Positions 1 to 8,992 of a stretch of DNA of 64,000 nucleotides are shown here, in pieces; positions within the stretch are counted from its first letter, which is position 1; every line of letters begins with the position of its first letter. Both the position numbers and the translations under genes were made by a program. The notes beneath the pieces are model-generated. The model was not told the origin of the DNA, made no database searches, and saw only the letters and a list, made by a program, of their open reading frames with translations. Source of the stretch: an uncultured delta proteobacterium (lineage in GTDB: Bacteria > Myxococcota_A > Polyangia > Polyangiales > JAFGIB01); assembly GCA_963778655.1 (NCBI GenBank), contig CAVZVA010000009.1:1408001-1472000 (forward strand), in the 5' to 3' direction.

Positions 1-269
1 TCGGCGACGATCCGACGTGCGAGCGTGGGCCCGATGCCAGGCAGCAGCTCGAGGTCGGCGGCGCTGGCGCGGTTGAGGTCGAGCTTCCGGCCGGCGCGCA
101 GCGCGCGAACCGCCGCGGCGCCGGGCGCGCGCGCCGGATGCCTCGCCCCCGCATCGGGCTTGGCGAGCGCCGCTGCGGGCGGCGGTGGCTCGCGGCCGTG
201 ACGCAGCGCGCAGAGCGCCAGCGCTACCACCACACAGCCGAGCGCCCCGAGCGTGGCGCGATCGCGCAT
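1..269 (-). CDS. ComEA-family helix-hairpin-helix DNA-binding protein (3' end runs off window)
   Basis: Manual translation from ATG at 269: N-terminal hydrophobic anchor (GALGCVVVALALCAL), then KLDLNRASAADLELLPGIGPTLARRIVA, the ComEA/HhH motif. Not in the ORF track. Confidence 0.8.
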   Translation of the reverse strand, partial: MRDRATLGALGCVVVALALCALRHGREPPPPAAALAKPDAGARHPARAPGAAAVRALRAGRKLDLNRASAADLELLPGIGPTLARRIVA

Positions 270-321
270 GATGCCGGTTATCGGTCCGGGATCGGGCCGG
301 TTGCGCGCGCGGCGCGGCGAG

Positions 322-825
322 CTACTTGGGCGCGCTCTGCGAAGGCTGGGGCGCAGGCTTGGCCTGCTGCTTGGGCTGGCCCGGCGCGGGTGTGCCGTCG
401 TCGCCCGGCGCAGCCGAATCGGGCGGCGGCTCGGCCTCGCCCGGCGCCGGGGCCGGTTTGGGCGCCACCGGCTGCCCGTAGTCCTCGGCGAGCTTGCGCG
501 TCAGGTGGTCGAGCAGCATCTGCTCGACGTAGCTGGGCATGGCCGGGATCTGCACCACCACGCGCGCGGTTTCGCGGCCTCGGGCGCTGCTCCGCACTAC
601 CTCGACGCTGCCCGGATAGGCCTTGCCGGAATCTGGATATTCGAACAGAAAGTATCCAGAATCCTTGTCTTTTTCTGTGATGGGACTCTCGAAGTCCACG
701 CGCAGCATGCGGATCGCCGCGGTCCACACGCTGACATAGGGATAGGCGTAGGTCTGCTCGCGCCGCGCCTGGGCCCCCCCGGCCCAGAGCAGAACGACAG
801 CCAAAGCCAAGCCAAGCGATCGCAT
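322..825 (-). CDS. Secreted hypothetical protein with Pro-rich tail
   Basis: Signal peptide (MRSLGLALAVVLLWAGGAQA), globular middle region, P/A/Q-rich C-terminus; co-oriented with neighbours. Confidence 0.75.
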   Translation of the reverse strand: MRSLGLALAVVLLWAGGAQARREQTYAYPYVSVWTAAIRMLRVDFESPITEKDKDSGYFLFEYPDSGKAYPGSVEVVRSSARGRETARVVVQIPAMPSYVEQMLLDHLTRKLAEDYGQPVAPKPAPAPGEAEPPPDSAAPGDDGTPAPGQPKQQAKPAPQPSQSAPK

Positions 826-887
826 CGCGCCTGGTTGTGCTCCCGCTCGGCCCCGAACGCCAAATTTTCAGCAGGTTCCGAGCCCCA

Positions 888-2027
888 TCACAGCACCGGG
901 GGGCGGTCCGTCTCGGGCAGGGTAATCAGGTCGCGCATGTGCAGCTTGAGCGCGTACAGCGGGATCACCCCAGCGAGGATCATCACGCTCGATTGCAGCA
1001 AGTACAGCAGGAAGATGAACACCGCGCCCTGTGCGCCGACCAGGCTCTCGGCCAGGTACATGCGCAGCGCGGCCGAGACCGCCAGCTGGAAGTTTCCGAA
1101 CAGACCGGGTCCGGTCGGCAGCAGGATGCCGATCGCCAGCACCCCCATGATGGCGGCAGCGTGGCCGAGCCCGAGGGGCAGGCCGCAGCCGACCGCCAGC
1201 AGCCAAACGCCGGCCGCGTTGCAGCCCCAGTACAGCGCCGACTCGAACAGAAAGCCGAGCGCGAGCCTGGCGTCGGAGATGGAGCGGATGCCGTCGGCCA
1301 CGTTGCCGACCTTGGTCGCGAGCGTCTCCGCGAGCGCCGGCGAGACCAGCCCCAGGCTGAGGCGCGTCAACCGCATCGCCAGCGTGCGCTGCCACAGAAA
1401 CAGCGCGAGCGCGGCGAACGCGCAGGCGAACACCGCGAGCGCGGCATAGCCGTAGGTGGGCAGGTGCGCTGCGATCGGATCGGCGGTGTGCACGCGCGGC
1501 AGTGCGAGCAGCGCCCAGGCCACGCACAGGCTGGTGATCAGGCCGTCCAGCACGCGCTCGACAGCGACCGTGCCCAGGCCGACCGAGATCGGGATCGCGT
1601 GCCTGAGCTTGGTCAGCGCGGGCCGCGCGATCTCGCCCAGGCGCAGCGGCAGCGCGAAGATCGCGAAGAAGCCGATCCAGTTGAGCAGCAGCACGTCGCG
1701 AAACGGCACGTGCTTGACCGGCGCGATCAGGAAGCGCCAGCGGCTGGCGCGGAAGAAGTGCACCAGCAGCAGCGAGAGCAGGTAGACCGGCACGGTCCAG
1801 GGACGGATGGCGCGCAGGCGCTCGGGCGCGGGCAGCAGCGGCAGGCCGCCGCGCTCGGCCAGCCACGCGAACAGCGCGCCGAGCGCGATCGAGACCAACA
1901 GCTTGGGCAGGATGCGCGCGAGCAGCGAGCGCGGCTCGGGCGCGTGCCCCCCGGACCGCCGCCGCGCGTGCTGCTGCGGCGCGTGGTCGGACGCCGCGGC
2001 CTGTGGGCTGGACGCCGGCAAGCTCAT
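888..2027 (-). CDS. Lysylphosphatidylglycerol-synthase TM / flippase-like (YbhN-like) membrane protein
   Basis: RASRWRFLI, LPLRLGEIARP, VAVERVLDG and LPTGPGLFGNFQ motifs; multiple TM helices. Start at MSLPASS overlaps the upstream stop. Confidence 0.8.
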   Translation of the reverse strand: MSLPASSPQAAASDHAPQQHARRRSGGHAPEPRSLLARILPKLLVSIALGALFAWLAERGGLPLLPAPERLRAIRPWTVPVYLLSLLLVHFFRASRWRFLIAPVKHVPFRDVLLLNWIGFFAIFALPLRLGEIARPALTKLRHAIPISVGLGTVAVERVLDGLITSLCVAWALLALPRVHTADPIAAHLPTYGYAALAVFACAFAALALFLWQRTLAMRLTRLSLGLVSPALAETLATKVGNVADGIRSISDARLALGFLFESALYWGCNAAGVWLLAVGCGLPLGLGHAAAIMGVLAIGILLPTGPGLFGNFQLAVSAALRMYLAESLVGAQGAVFIFLLYLLQSSVMILAGVIPLYALKLHMRDLITLPETDRPPVL

Positions 2028-2749
2028 CGCTCGACGTCGCCCTGCAGGATGGCGCGCGGCTGCCGGCACAGCAGCAGCTCGGCGCCGTCGGGGCCGACCA
2101 GCTCCAGCAGCCGCTCGATCGCCTCGGCCACGGTCTCGGCGTCCTGCGGGCGGTGGCAGTCGCTGCAGGCGGCGAAGTAGAGCTCCTCCTCCAGCATGCG
2201 CTCGGCGGTGCGGCGCGGGCGCCGCCCGTACTTGCCGGTCAGCGACATCAGGTCGAGCTGCGCCAGACAGCCGAGCTCCAGCACGCGCTCGATCGGGGCG
2301 CTCGAGCCGAACAGGGCCGGGTAGCGCTCGGGGTGCGCCAGCACAGGCCGCACCGCGCGCACCTGCATGCGGAACACGCGGTCGGCCAGCCCCAGCGGGA
2401 TGTGGTCCGGCGGCAGCTCGATCAGCGCCGCCTTGCCGCCCGTATAGGGCAGCGCCTGGTCGCGCTCGAACAGGCTCCAGAACACGTCGTCGCAGAAGTG
2501 CTCGGCGCCCAGCAGCAGCTCCGGCAGGTCGGGTGCGCCGGCCGCCTGCTCGACGAAGCGCGCGAAGCGCTGCTCGAGGTCGTCGCGGCGGTTCTCGAAC
2601 ATTGCGGTACGGATGTGGGGCGTGGCCGCCAGCGTGGCGTAGCCGAGTCGGCCCAGCGCCTGGCACAGGGCCAGGCCTTCCTCGAAGCTGCGCACCCCGT
2701 CGTCGACCCCGGGCAGGTAATGGCAGTGCAGGTCGACCAGGCCTTGCAT
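2024..2749 (-). CDS. CpsB/CapC-family PHP protein-tyrosine phosphatase
   Basis: VDLHCHYLPGVDDG, ATPH, LAHPERY and SDCH motifs. Confidence 0.85.
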   Translation of the reverse strand: MQGLVDLHCHYLPGVDDGVRSFEEGLALCQALGRLGYATLAATPHIRTAMFENRRDDLEQRFARFVEQAAGAPDLPELLLGAEHFCDDVFWSLFERDQALPYTGGKAALIELPPDHIPLGLADRVFRMQVRAVRPVLAHPERYPALFGSSAPIERVLELGCLAQLDLMSLTGKYGRRPRRTAERMLEEELYFAACSDCHRPQDAETVAEAIERLLELVGPDGAELLLCRQPRAILQGDVER

Positions 2750-4122
2750 CAGCTCGGCTGCTCCCTTCCAATCTCGTCGATCGCGCGCAGCAGGTCGTCG
2801 CGCTGGTTGAGATCGGGGCGCTCGAGGACGCGTTGTAGCAGCTCTTCGAGCACTTTGCCGACGATCGGGCCCGGACGCACGTCCAGGCGCTGCATCACGT
2901 CGCGGCCGTCGACCGCCAGGTCCCTGATCCCGAAAGCCGCGCCCTGCTCGCGGGCCTGCTCGATGCGCTCGCGCAGCTCCTGCAGCGCGCGCAGCTCGCC
3001 TTCGACCGGCAGGCCCTTGGCCAACGCGTCGGCGCGCGCGAGCTGCAGCAGGTCGTCCACCCGCTCGAGCCCCACGCGGCGCACGAAGCGGCGCACGGCC
3101 GCGTCCGACCAGTCGCTCGAGTAGCAGACCAGGTGCTGGCGCACCAGGTGCACCACCTGCTCGCGCTCCTCGTTGGAGAAGCGGTAGCGCTTGAGCCACA
3201 CGTCGGCCATGCCCGCGCCCACCACCTCGTGGTTGTAGAAGGTGAAGTCCGAGGTCTTCTCGGAGAGCGCGCGCGTACGCGGCTTGCCCAGATCGTGCAG
3301 CAAGCCCGCAAGCCGGTGCAGCGGCCCGAGCTCGCAGGCGTCCATGCACTTGAGCGAGTGCGTCCAGACGTCATAGGCGTGAAAGCGGTTCTGCGCGCAG
3401 CCGACCTGCTCCTGCAGCTCCGGGCAGGTCACTTCCAGCACCCCTGTCGTGCGCATCAGCTCGAAGCCACGCGAGGGCTCGCGGGCTTGCAGCGTGCGCA
3501 GCCATTCGTCGCGCACGCGCTCGGGCGAGACGCGCCGGAACGAGTCGAGCGCGGCGCTGATCGCGTCGCGGGTGTGGGGCTCGATCTGGAGCTCGAGCGT
3601 GGCGACGAAGCGCGCCGCCCGCAGCACCCGCAAGCCGTCCTCGGCGAAGCGCTCCTCGGGCCTGCCGACCGTGCGTAACAGCGCGGCGCGCATGTCGCCG
3701 AGCCCGCCGAAGGGGTCGATCAGGCGACCGGTCAGCGGGTCGTAGGCCAGCGCGTTGATGGTGAAGTCTCGCCGCGACAGGTCGCGCTCGATGTCGGTGA
3801 TGAAGTGGACGCTGTCGGGGCGGCGCGCGTCGGAGTAGCCGCCCTCCCCTCGCAAGGTCGTGATCTCGTAGCCGGAGTCACGCCACAGCACGGTGACCGT
3901 GCCGTGCTCGATACCGGTCGGGATCACACGTTTGAACAGCCCCATGATCTGCCGAGGCGTCGCGCTGGTGGCCAGGTCCCAGTCCTTGGGCGTGCGCTCC
4001 ATCAACAGGTCGCGCAGGCTGCCGCCCACCAGCCACGCGCGGTAGCCGCCCTGCTCGATGCGCCGGCACAGCTCCAGCACGGGCTCCGGAATCGCGCCGC
4101 TCTTGACCTGAGACACCACCAT
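2749..4122 (-). CDS. cca: CCA tRNA nucleotidyltransferase / poly(A) polymerase family protein with HD domain
   Basis: LVGGSLRD, DWD, RRDFTINA, EDGLRVLRAARF and LLHDLGKP motifs. Confidence 0.88.
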   Translation of the reverse strand: MVVSQVKSGAIPEPVLELCRRIEQGGYRAWLVGGSLRDLLMERTPKDWDLATSATPRQIMGLFKRVIPTGIEHGTVTVLWRDSGYEITTLRGEGGYSDARRPDSVHFITDIERDLSRRDFTINALAYDPLTGRLIDPFGGLGDMRAALLRTVGRPEERFAEDGLRVLRAARFVATLELQIEPHTRDAISAALDSFRRVSPERVRDEWLRTLQAREPSRGFELMRTTGVLEVTCPELQEQVGCAQNRFHAYDVWTHSLKCMDACELGPLHRLAGLLHDLGKPRTRALSEKTSDFTFYNHEVVGAGMADVWLKRYRFSNEEREQVVHLVRQHLVCYSSDWSDAAVRRFVRRVGLERVDDLLQLARADALAKGLPVEGELRALQELRERIEQAREQGAAFGIRDLAVDGRDVMQRLDVRPGPIVGKVLEELLQRVLERPDLNQRDDLLRAIDEIGREQPS

Positions 4123-4325
4123 GGGAACCGCCGCAGCCCCGGCGTCCGCTTTTCGGCCGGGGCCGCGGGCAGGCCCGCATGCTGACGCTGCCGGGGCCGG
4201 GCGGCAACTGCGGCGGCTCCGGCCGGGGCGTTTCGGGGCACCCTGGGGCTCCTCTGGCCCGTTGAGAACATTGCGAAAAAGGCATGAAGCCGGAGCGAGC
4301 GGCCTGCTATGCTGCCTGAGCCGCC

Positions 4326-7300
4326 ATGAACCGTTGGCTCCGACCGCTCCTCGTGCTGTTCGCCGTTAGCGCGGCGTTCTGCATCACGTTCGTCTGGCCG
4401 CAACACAACGGCCTCAATTTCGATATCGACACCTCGCCGCGGGCGCAGGCCGCCAAGACGCGCGTGCCCTATGACCTGTCGCAGGTGCGCGTCCTGAAGG
4501 CGGTGATCACCAAGATCAACCAGAACTACGTCGAGCCCGACCGCATCGACCACCGCAAGATGCTGCTTGCCGGGCTCAACGCGATTCAGGGCAGCGTGCC
4601 GCCGGTGATCGTTCACTACGAGCCGGGCGAGCCCACCTTCAAGGTCCAGGTCAACGACAAGTGGGGCGAGTTCCGCCTGGACGACGTCAACTCGCCGTGG
4701 TCCCTCACCTGGCGCTTCCAGGAGGTGTTTCGCTTTCTCCAGAAGCACCTCGAGCAGGACGAGGACATCAAACTGCGCGAGGTCGAGTACGCGGCGGTCA
4801 ACGGCATGCTGCGCACGCTCGACCCGCACTCGGTGCTGCTCACGCCCGACGAGTACTCCGAGATGCAGCTCAGCACGCGCGGCGAGTTCGGCGGGCTCGG
4901 CATCGTGATCTCGATCCGCGACGACCAGCTCACCGTGATCCGGCCGATGCCGGGCACCCCCGCCACCCGCGCCGGGCTCAAGAGCAAGGACCGCATCGTC
5001 AAGATCGACGAGGAAGCCACGGTCAACATGCCGCTCGAGGAGGCCGTGCAGCGCCTGCGCGGCACGCCGGGCTCGAGCGTCGCGGTGTGGATCGTGCGCG
5101 AAGGCCCCAAGGGCTGGAAGACCCCCAAGCGCTTCGATCTGGTGCGCGCGGTGATCCACGTCGACTCGGTCGAGTCGCGCATGCTGAGCGGCGGCATCGG
5201 CTATCTGCGGGTCAGCAACTTCCAGTCCAACACCTGCGACGACATCGAGGCCGCGCTGGCCAAGCTGCACAAGGACAACCTCAAGGGCCTGGTGCTCGAT
5301 CTGCGCGACAACCCGGGCGGCCTGCTGCAGCAGGCGGTCTGCGTGGCCGACATCTTCCTGTCGAGCGGTACGATCGTGACCACTTCGTCCAACGACCCCG
5401 AGAAGGCGGAGCGCAAGCTCGCGCGTGCCGAGGGCACCGAGCCAAACTATCCGATGGTGGTGCTGCAGAACGGCGGCAGCGCTTCGGCCAGCGAAATCGT
5501 CTCCGGCGCGCTGAAGAACCACGACCGCGCGTTGATCGTGGGCGAGCGCACCTTCGGCAAGGGCTCGGTCCAGGTCCTCTACAGCGACGACAACGACGGC
5601 TGGGCGCTCAAGCTGACCATCGCCCAGTACCTGACCCCCGGCGACATCTCGATCCAGGGCGTGGGTATCGTGCCCGACGTCGAGATCGAGCCGATGACCG
5701 TGGACGCCGACGACATGGACCTGTTCGTCGACACCGGATATCTGCGCGAGTCGGATCTGGCCGCGCACCTCACCCACAGCCGCGCGCACGGCGGCCAGAA
5801 GCCCGCGCACGTGGTGCGCTACTACCTGCCGGAGGAGACGCGCGAGCGGTTGCGCGAGGCGCGCCCCGAGGACCTCGAGGAGAACGAGCGCGAGGACGAG
5901 TTCCTCACCCGCTTCGCCGGCGAGCTGCTCGTGCAGGCCAAGCACTCGGCGCGCCGCGACCTGCTGCGCGACGCCGACCCGGTGATCGAGGCGACGCGTG
6001 CCAAGGAGATGGCGCGCGCCACGGCCGAGCTGCACAAGCTCGGCGTCGATTGGGCGGAAGGCCCCGACCAGGGGGCGAGCCCGGTCGCGGTCAGCGTCAG
6101 CACCGACCGCAAGGACAACGTGGGCGTCGCCGGCCAGCCCTTCGACCTCCAGGTCACGGTGGAGAACCAGGGCAAGGAACCGCTCTACCAGCTGCGCGCC
6201 ACGACCAAGAGCGACAACCGTCTATTCAGCGAGCGCGAGTTGGTGTTCGGCAAGCTGATGCCCGGCGAAAAGCGCAGCTGGAGCACCACGCTCGGCATCT
6301 GCAAGACCGACCAGTCCAGCCAGAAGCGCGAGTGCCGCCTGCCCGAGACGCTGCGCGACCGCGCCGACGGCATCCGCATCAACTTCGACGAGGAGCACGG
6401 GCACACCCCGCCCAGCACCGAGATTCGCACCCGGGTCGACGCCGTCGAGGTGCCGCAGTTTGCCTACACCGTGCATGTCGCCGACGACGGGCGCGGCAAC
6501 GGCGACGGACAGGTGCAGGTCGGCGAGCTGGCCACCGTGTACATGCGTATCCGTAACGTCGGCAAGGGCACCAGCAAGCAGACCGTGGCGAACCTGCGCA
6601 ACCTGAGCGGTCCGGGGATTCTCATTCACGCCGGACGCTTCCAGCTCAACGAGCTGAAGCCGGGCCAGGAAGCGATGGTGGCGTTCAAGTTCGAGGTGCT
6701 GCCGGACTTCCACGAGAGCGAAGCCAAGCTGGAAGCCTCGGTGGTCGACGAGCTGCTGCGCGAGGCGGGCGGCCAGAAGCTGGTCATCCCGATCGCGAAG
6801 CCGGACTCGCATCCTGTGGAGCCAGGCTCTGGCACGGCCGTGGCGCGCGTCTCGGCCGAGGTGCTCGAGAGCCCGCACCCCGGCGCCAAGGTAATCGCGC
6901 AGGTCGAAGGCGGGCCGCTCAGCTTGCCGGTGCAGGCCAAGCTCGGAGACTTCGACCGCGTTGACCTGGGTCAGGGACGGCCAGGCTGGATCGCCGAGCG
7001 CGACTTGCGCGGCGGCGCCGGCAAGGGCGGGCATCTGGTCGACGTCCTGGCCCGCATGCCGCCACGGCTCGACGTGGACTATGGCGGTACGCTGGTGACC
7101 CGCGACCCGCTGCTACGGCTCAAGGGTCGCGCGGTGGACGACAGCATCGTGCGCGATCTCTACGTGTTCGTCGGGTCGCACAAGGTCTTCTACCAGTCCA
7201 ATCGCAACGCTCCGGACCCCAAGCAGGTCACTTTTGATACGACGGTTCCCCTGCGGCCGGGCATCAACTACGTGACCGTGGTTGCGCGCGAGGACAACGA

Positions 7301-7424
7301 GGTAATCTCGCGCAAGACCTTCATCGTGCGCAGAGACGCGCCCGATGGCTCGCTGATGGAGACTCCCAAGGAGAGCGAGGAAGACTTCTACGACCTGATG
7401 GAAGGTGGTGGCGGCGAGGAGTGA
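4326..7424 (+). CDS. Large carboxyl-terminal processing protease (S41, PDZ) with C-terminal Ig-like domains
   Basis: LDPHS, GEFGGLGIVI (PDZ), LDLRDNPGGLL, SASASEIV and TFGKGSVQ catalytic motifs; about 500-aa beta-rich C-terminal extension. Confidence 0.9.
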   Translation: MNRWLRPLLVLFAVSAAFCITFVWPQHNGLNFDIDTSPRAQAAKTRVPYDLSQVRVLKAVITKINQNYVEPDRIDHRKMLLAGLNAIQGSVPPVIVHYEPGEPTFKVQVNDKWGEFRLDDVNSPWSLTWRFQEVFRFLQKHLEQDEDIKLREVEYAAVNGMLRTLDPHSVLLTPDEYSEMQLSTRGEFGGLGIVISIRDDQLTVIRPMPGTPATRAGLKSKDRIVKIDEEATVNMPLEEAVQRLRGTPGSSVAVWIVREGPKGWKTPKRFDLVRAVIHVDSVESRMLSGGIGYLRVSNFQSNTCDDIEAALAKLHKDNLKGLVLDLRDNPGGLLQQAVCVADIFLSSGTIVTTSSNDPEKAERKLARAEGTEPNYPMVVLQNGGSASASEIVSGALKNHDRALIVGERTFGKGSVQVLYSDDNDGWALKLTIAQYLTPGDISIQGVGIVPDVEIEPMTVDADDMDLFVDTGYLRESDLAAHLTHSRAHGGQKPAHVVRYYLPEETRERLREARPEDLEENEREDEFLTRFAGELLVQAKHSARRDLLRDADPVIEATRAKEMARATAELHKLGVDWAEGPDQGASPVAVSVSTDRKDNVGVAGQPFDLQVTVENQGKEPLYQLRATTKSDNRLFSERELVFGKLMPGEKRSWSTTLGICKTDQSSQKRECRLPETLRDRADGIRINFDEEHGHTPPSTEIRTRVDAVEVPQFAYTVHVADDGRGNGDGQVQVGELATVYMRIRNVGKGTSKQTVANLRNLSGPGILIHAGRFQLNELKPGQEAMVAFKFEVLPDFHESEAKLEASVVDELLREAGGQKLVIPIAKPDSHPVEPGSGTAVARVSAEVLESPHPGAKVIAQVEGGPLSLPVQAKLGDFDRVDLGQGRPGWIAERDLRGGAGKGGHLVDVLARMPPRLDVDYGGTLVTRDPLLRLKGRAVDDSIVRDLYVFVGSHKVFYQSNRNAPDPKQVTFDTTVPLRPGINYVTVVAREDNEVISRKTFIVRRDAPDGSLMETPKESEEDFYDLMEGGGGEE

Positions 7425-7443
7425 GCGCCACCTGCGGGGCACC

Positions 7444-8055
7444 ATGCGAATCGTCTGTCTGGACCTGGAAGGGGTTCTGATCCCCGAGGTGTGGATCAAC
7501 GTGGCGGAGCGGACCGGGATAGCCGACCTGCGGCTGACCACCCGCGACATTCCGAGCTACGACGTGCTGATGCGGCGGCGGCTGGGGATCCTGGACCAGC
7601 ACCGCCTCGGCCTGCCTGAGATCCAGCAGGTGATCGCGAGCATGGACTGTCTGGAAGGTGCCAAGGCGTTTCTGGACGCCCTACGCGAGCGCTACCAGGT
7701 GATCATCCTGTCGGACACCTTCTACGAGTTTGCGGCACCGTTCATGCGCAAGCTGGGCTGGCCCACCCTGTTCTGCCACTCGCTCGAGGTTGAGCCGGGC
7801 GGGCACATCTCCGGCTACCGGCTGCGGCAGCAGGACCCCAAGCGGCACGCGGTTCGGGCCCTGCGCGGGCTCAACTTCCGTGTGGTCGCGGCCGGGGACT
7901 CCTACAACGACACGGCCATGCTGGCCGAGGCCGACGCCGGGATCCTGTTCTGCGCGCCCGAGAAGGTGCGGGCGGAGTTCCCCCAGTTCCCCCATGTCAC
8001 CAGCTACCCTGCGCTCGCTGCGGAGCTCGACGCCGCATTCGCACGGCTAAGTTAG
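7444..8055 (+). CDS. thrH: Phosphoserine phosphatase / homoserine phosphotransferase (HAD)
   Basis: CLDLEGVLIPEVW, TTRDIPSYDVLM, ILSDTFYEFA and AAGDSYNDTAML motifs. Confidence 0.9.
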   Translation: MRIVCLDLEGVLIPEVWINVAERTGIADLRLTTRDIPSYDVLMRRRLGILDQHRLGLPEIQQVIASMDCLEGAKAFLDALRERYQVIILSDTFYEFAAPFMRKLGWPTLFCHSLEVEPGGHISGYRLRQQDPKRHAVRALRGLNFRVVAAGDSYNDTAMLAEADAGILFCAPEKVRAEFPQFPHVTSYPALAAELDAAFARLS

Positions 8056-8208
8056 CGAACCTGGGCGTGATTTTGCCCTACAGTTCCTACACTGTGTGCT
8101 TGCGGCAACTTTACACCTGAGGCAAAGGGTGGTAACGGCCGCTCCAGCGCGCCTGGGTGCTCGGGCCGCTCCGGGCGCCATCCAACCGACCCGCCGCTTT
8201 GGGGGAAC

Positions 8209-8838
8209 ATGCCCAGTCCATCGAGCAAGTTCAGTGCCAGCAAGACGAGCCCGCGATCGCCCAGCCACACGCGTCTGGTTGCGACCAAGACGGCCAAGCC
8301 CCAGAAGGTGGCTGCCGGCTCGAAGGCCCGCACCAACCCCCCGCCGAGCCTCCAGAAGAGCTCCCGCTGGCCCAAGGGCAAGGCCGCTTCGGTCTCCCCC
8401 CCGCCGGCCGGCGGGACGCGCGCGGCCGCGCCCGCCGAGGATCGGACCAGCCGAAGCGGTCTGTCCAAGACCGAGCTCAAGGCCCAGTTCGCCAAGCTCT
8501 CGGCCGCCGTCGCTCAGATCAACGCGCTCAAGCGCTCTCTGAACAAGAGCTTCTACGATATCGGCGTGCTGCTGAATCAAGTCCGCGACGAACGGATGTA
8601 CGAGGTCAAGGGATACGGCTCCATGGAATCATTCGTGGAACGCGAGATCGATCTCAACAAGGCGGTGTGCCTGAAGACCGCACGCATTGCCGAGGTCATC
8701 CTGCGCGACCAGGCGCTCGCCGCTGGCCTCGATCGGGCCGCCGCCGCGGTTGCGGCGCTGGACGGCGAGACCGAGTCGTCTCCTCTGCTTCGACCCGCCG
8801 GCAGCCCGGCAGGTGGCGTTCCGCTGCACAAGCAGTAG
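8209..8838 (+). CDS. Hypothetical protein with basic low-complexity N-terminus and helical core, possibly DNA-binding
   Basis: K/S/P-rich N-terminal 80 aa, then SFYDIGVLLNQVRDERMYEVKGYGSMESFVEREI; GGGGA just before the ATG. Confidence 0.7.
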   Translation: MPSPSSKFSASKTSPRSPSHTRLVATKTAKPQKVAAGSKARTNPPPSLQKSSRWPKGKAASVSPPPAGGTRAAAPAEDRTSRSGLSKTELKAQFAKLSAAVAQINALKRSLNKSFYDIGVLLNQVRDERMYEVKGYGSMESFVEREIDLNKAVCLKTARIAEVILRDQALAAGLDRAAAAVAALDGETESSPLLRPAGSPAGGVPLHKQ

Positions 8839-8992
8839 TGGTTCCCGCAGGTGATGCGTATCCCCGCATGAGCCCGCAAGGCCGCCAGCCACGGCGTGTG
8901 TCCTGCAGCCGTTTCCACTCCTCGAAGCGCGCGGGGGCGCGCCGTCAACCGGAGGCTCGCCGCTGCTCGCGCTCCTAGCAGCCCTGCTGTGC

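Noticed and set aside
8056..8208. c-di-GMP riboswitch suggested by GGCAAA
   Set aside because: The GNRA tetraloop/receptor architecture could not be found.
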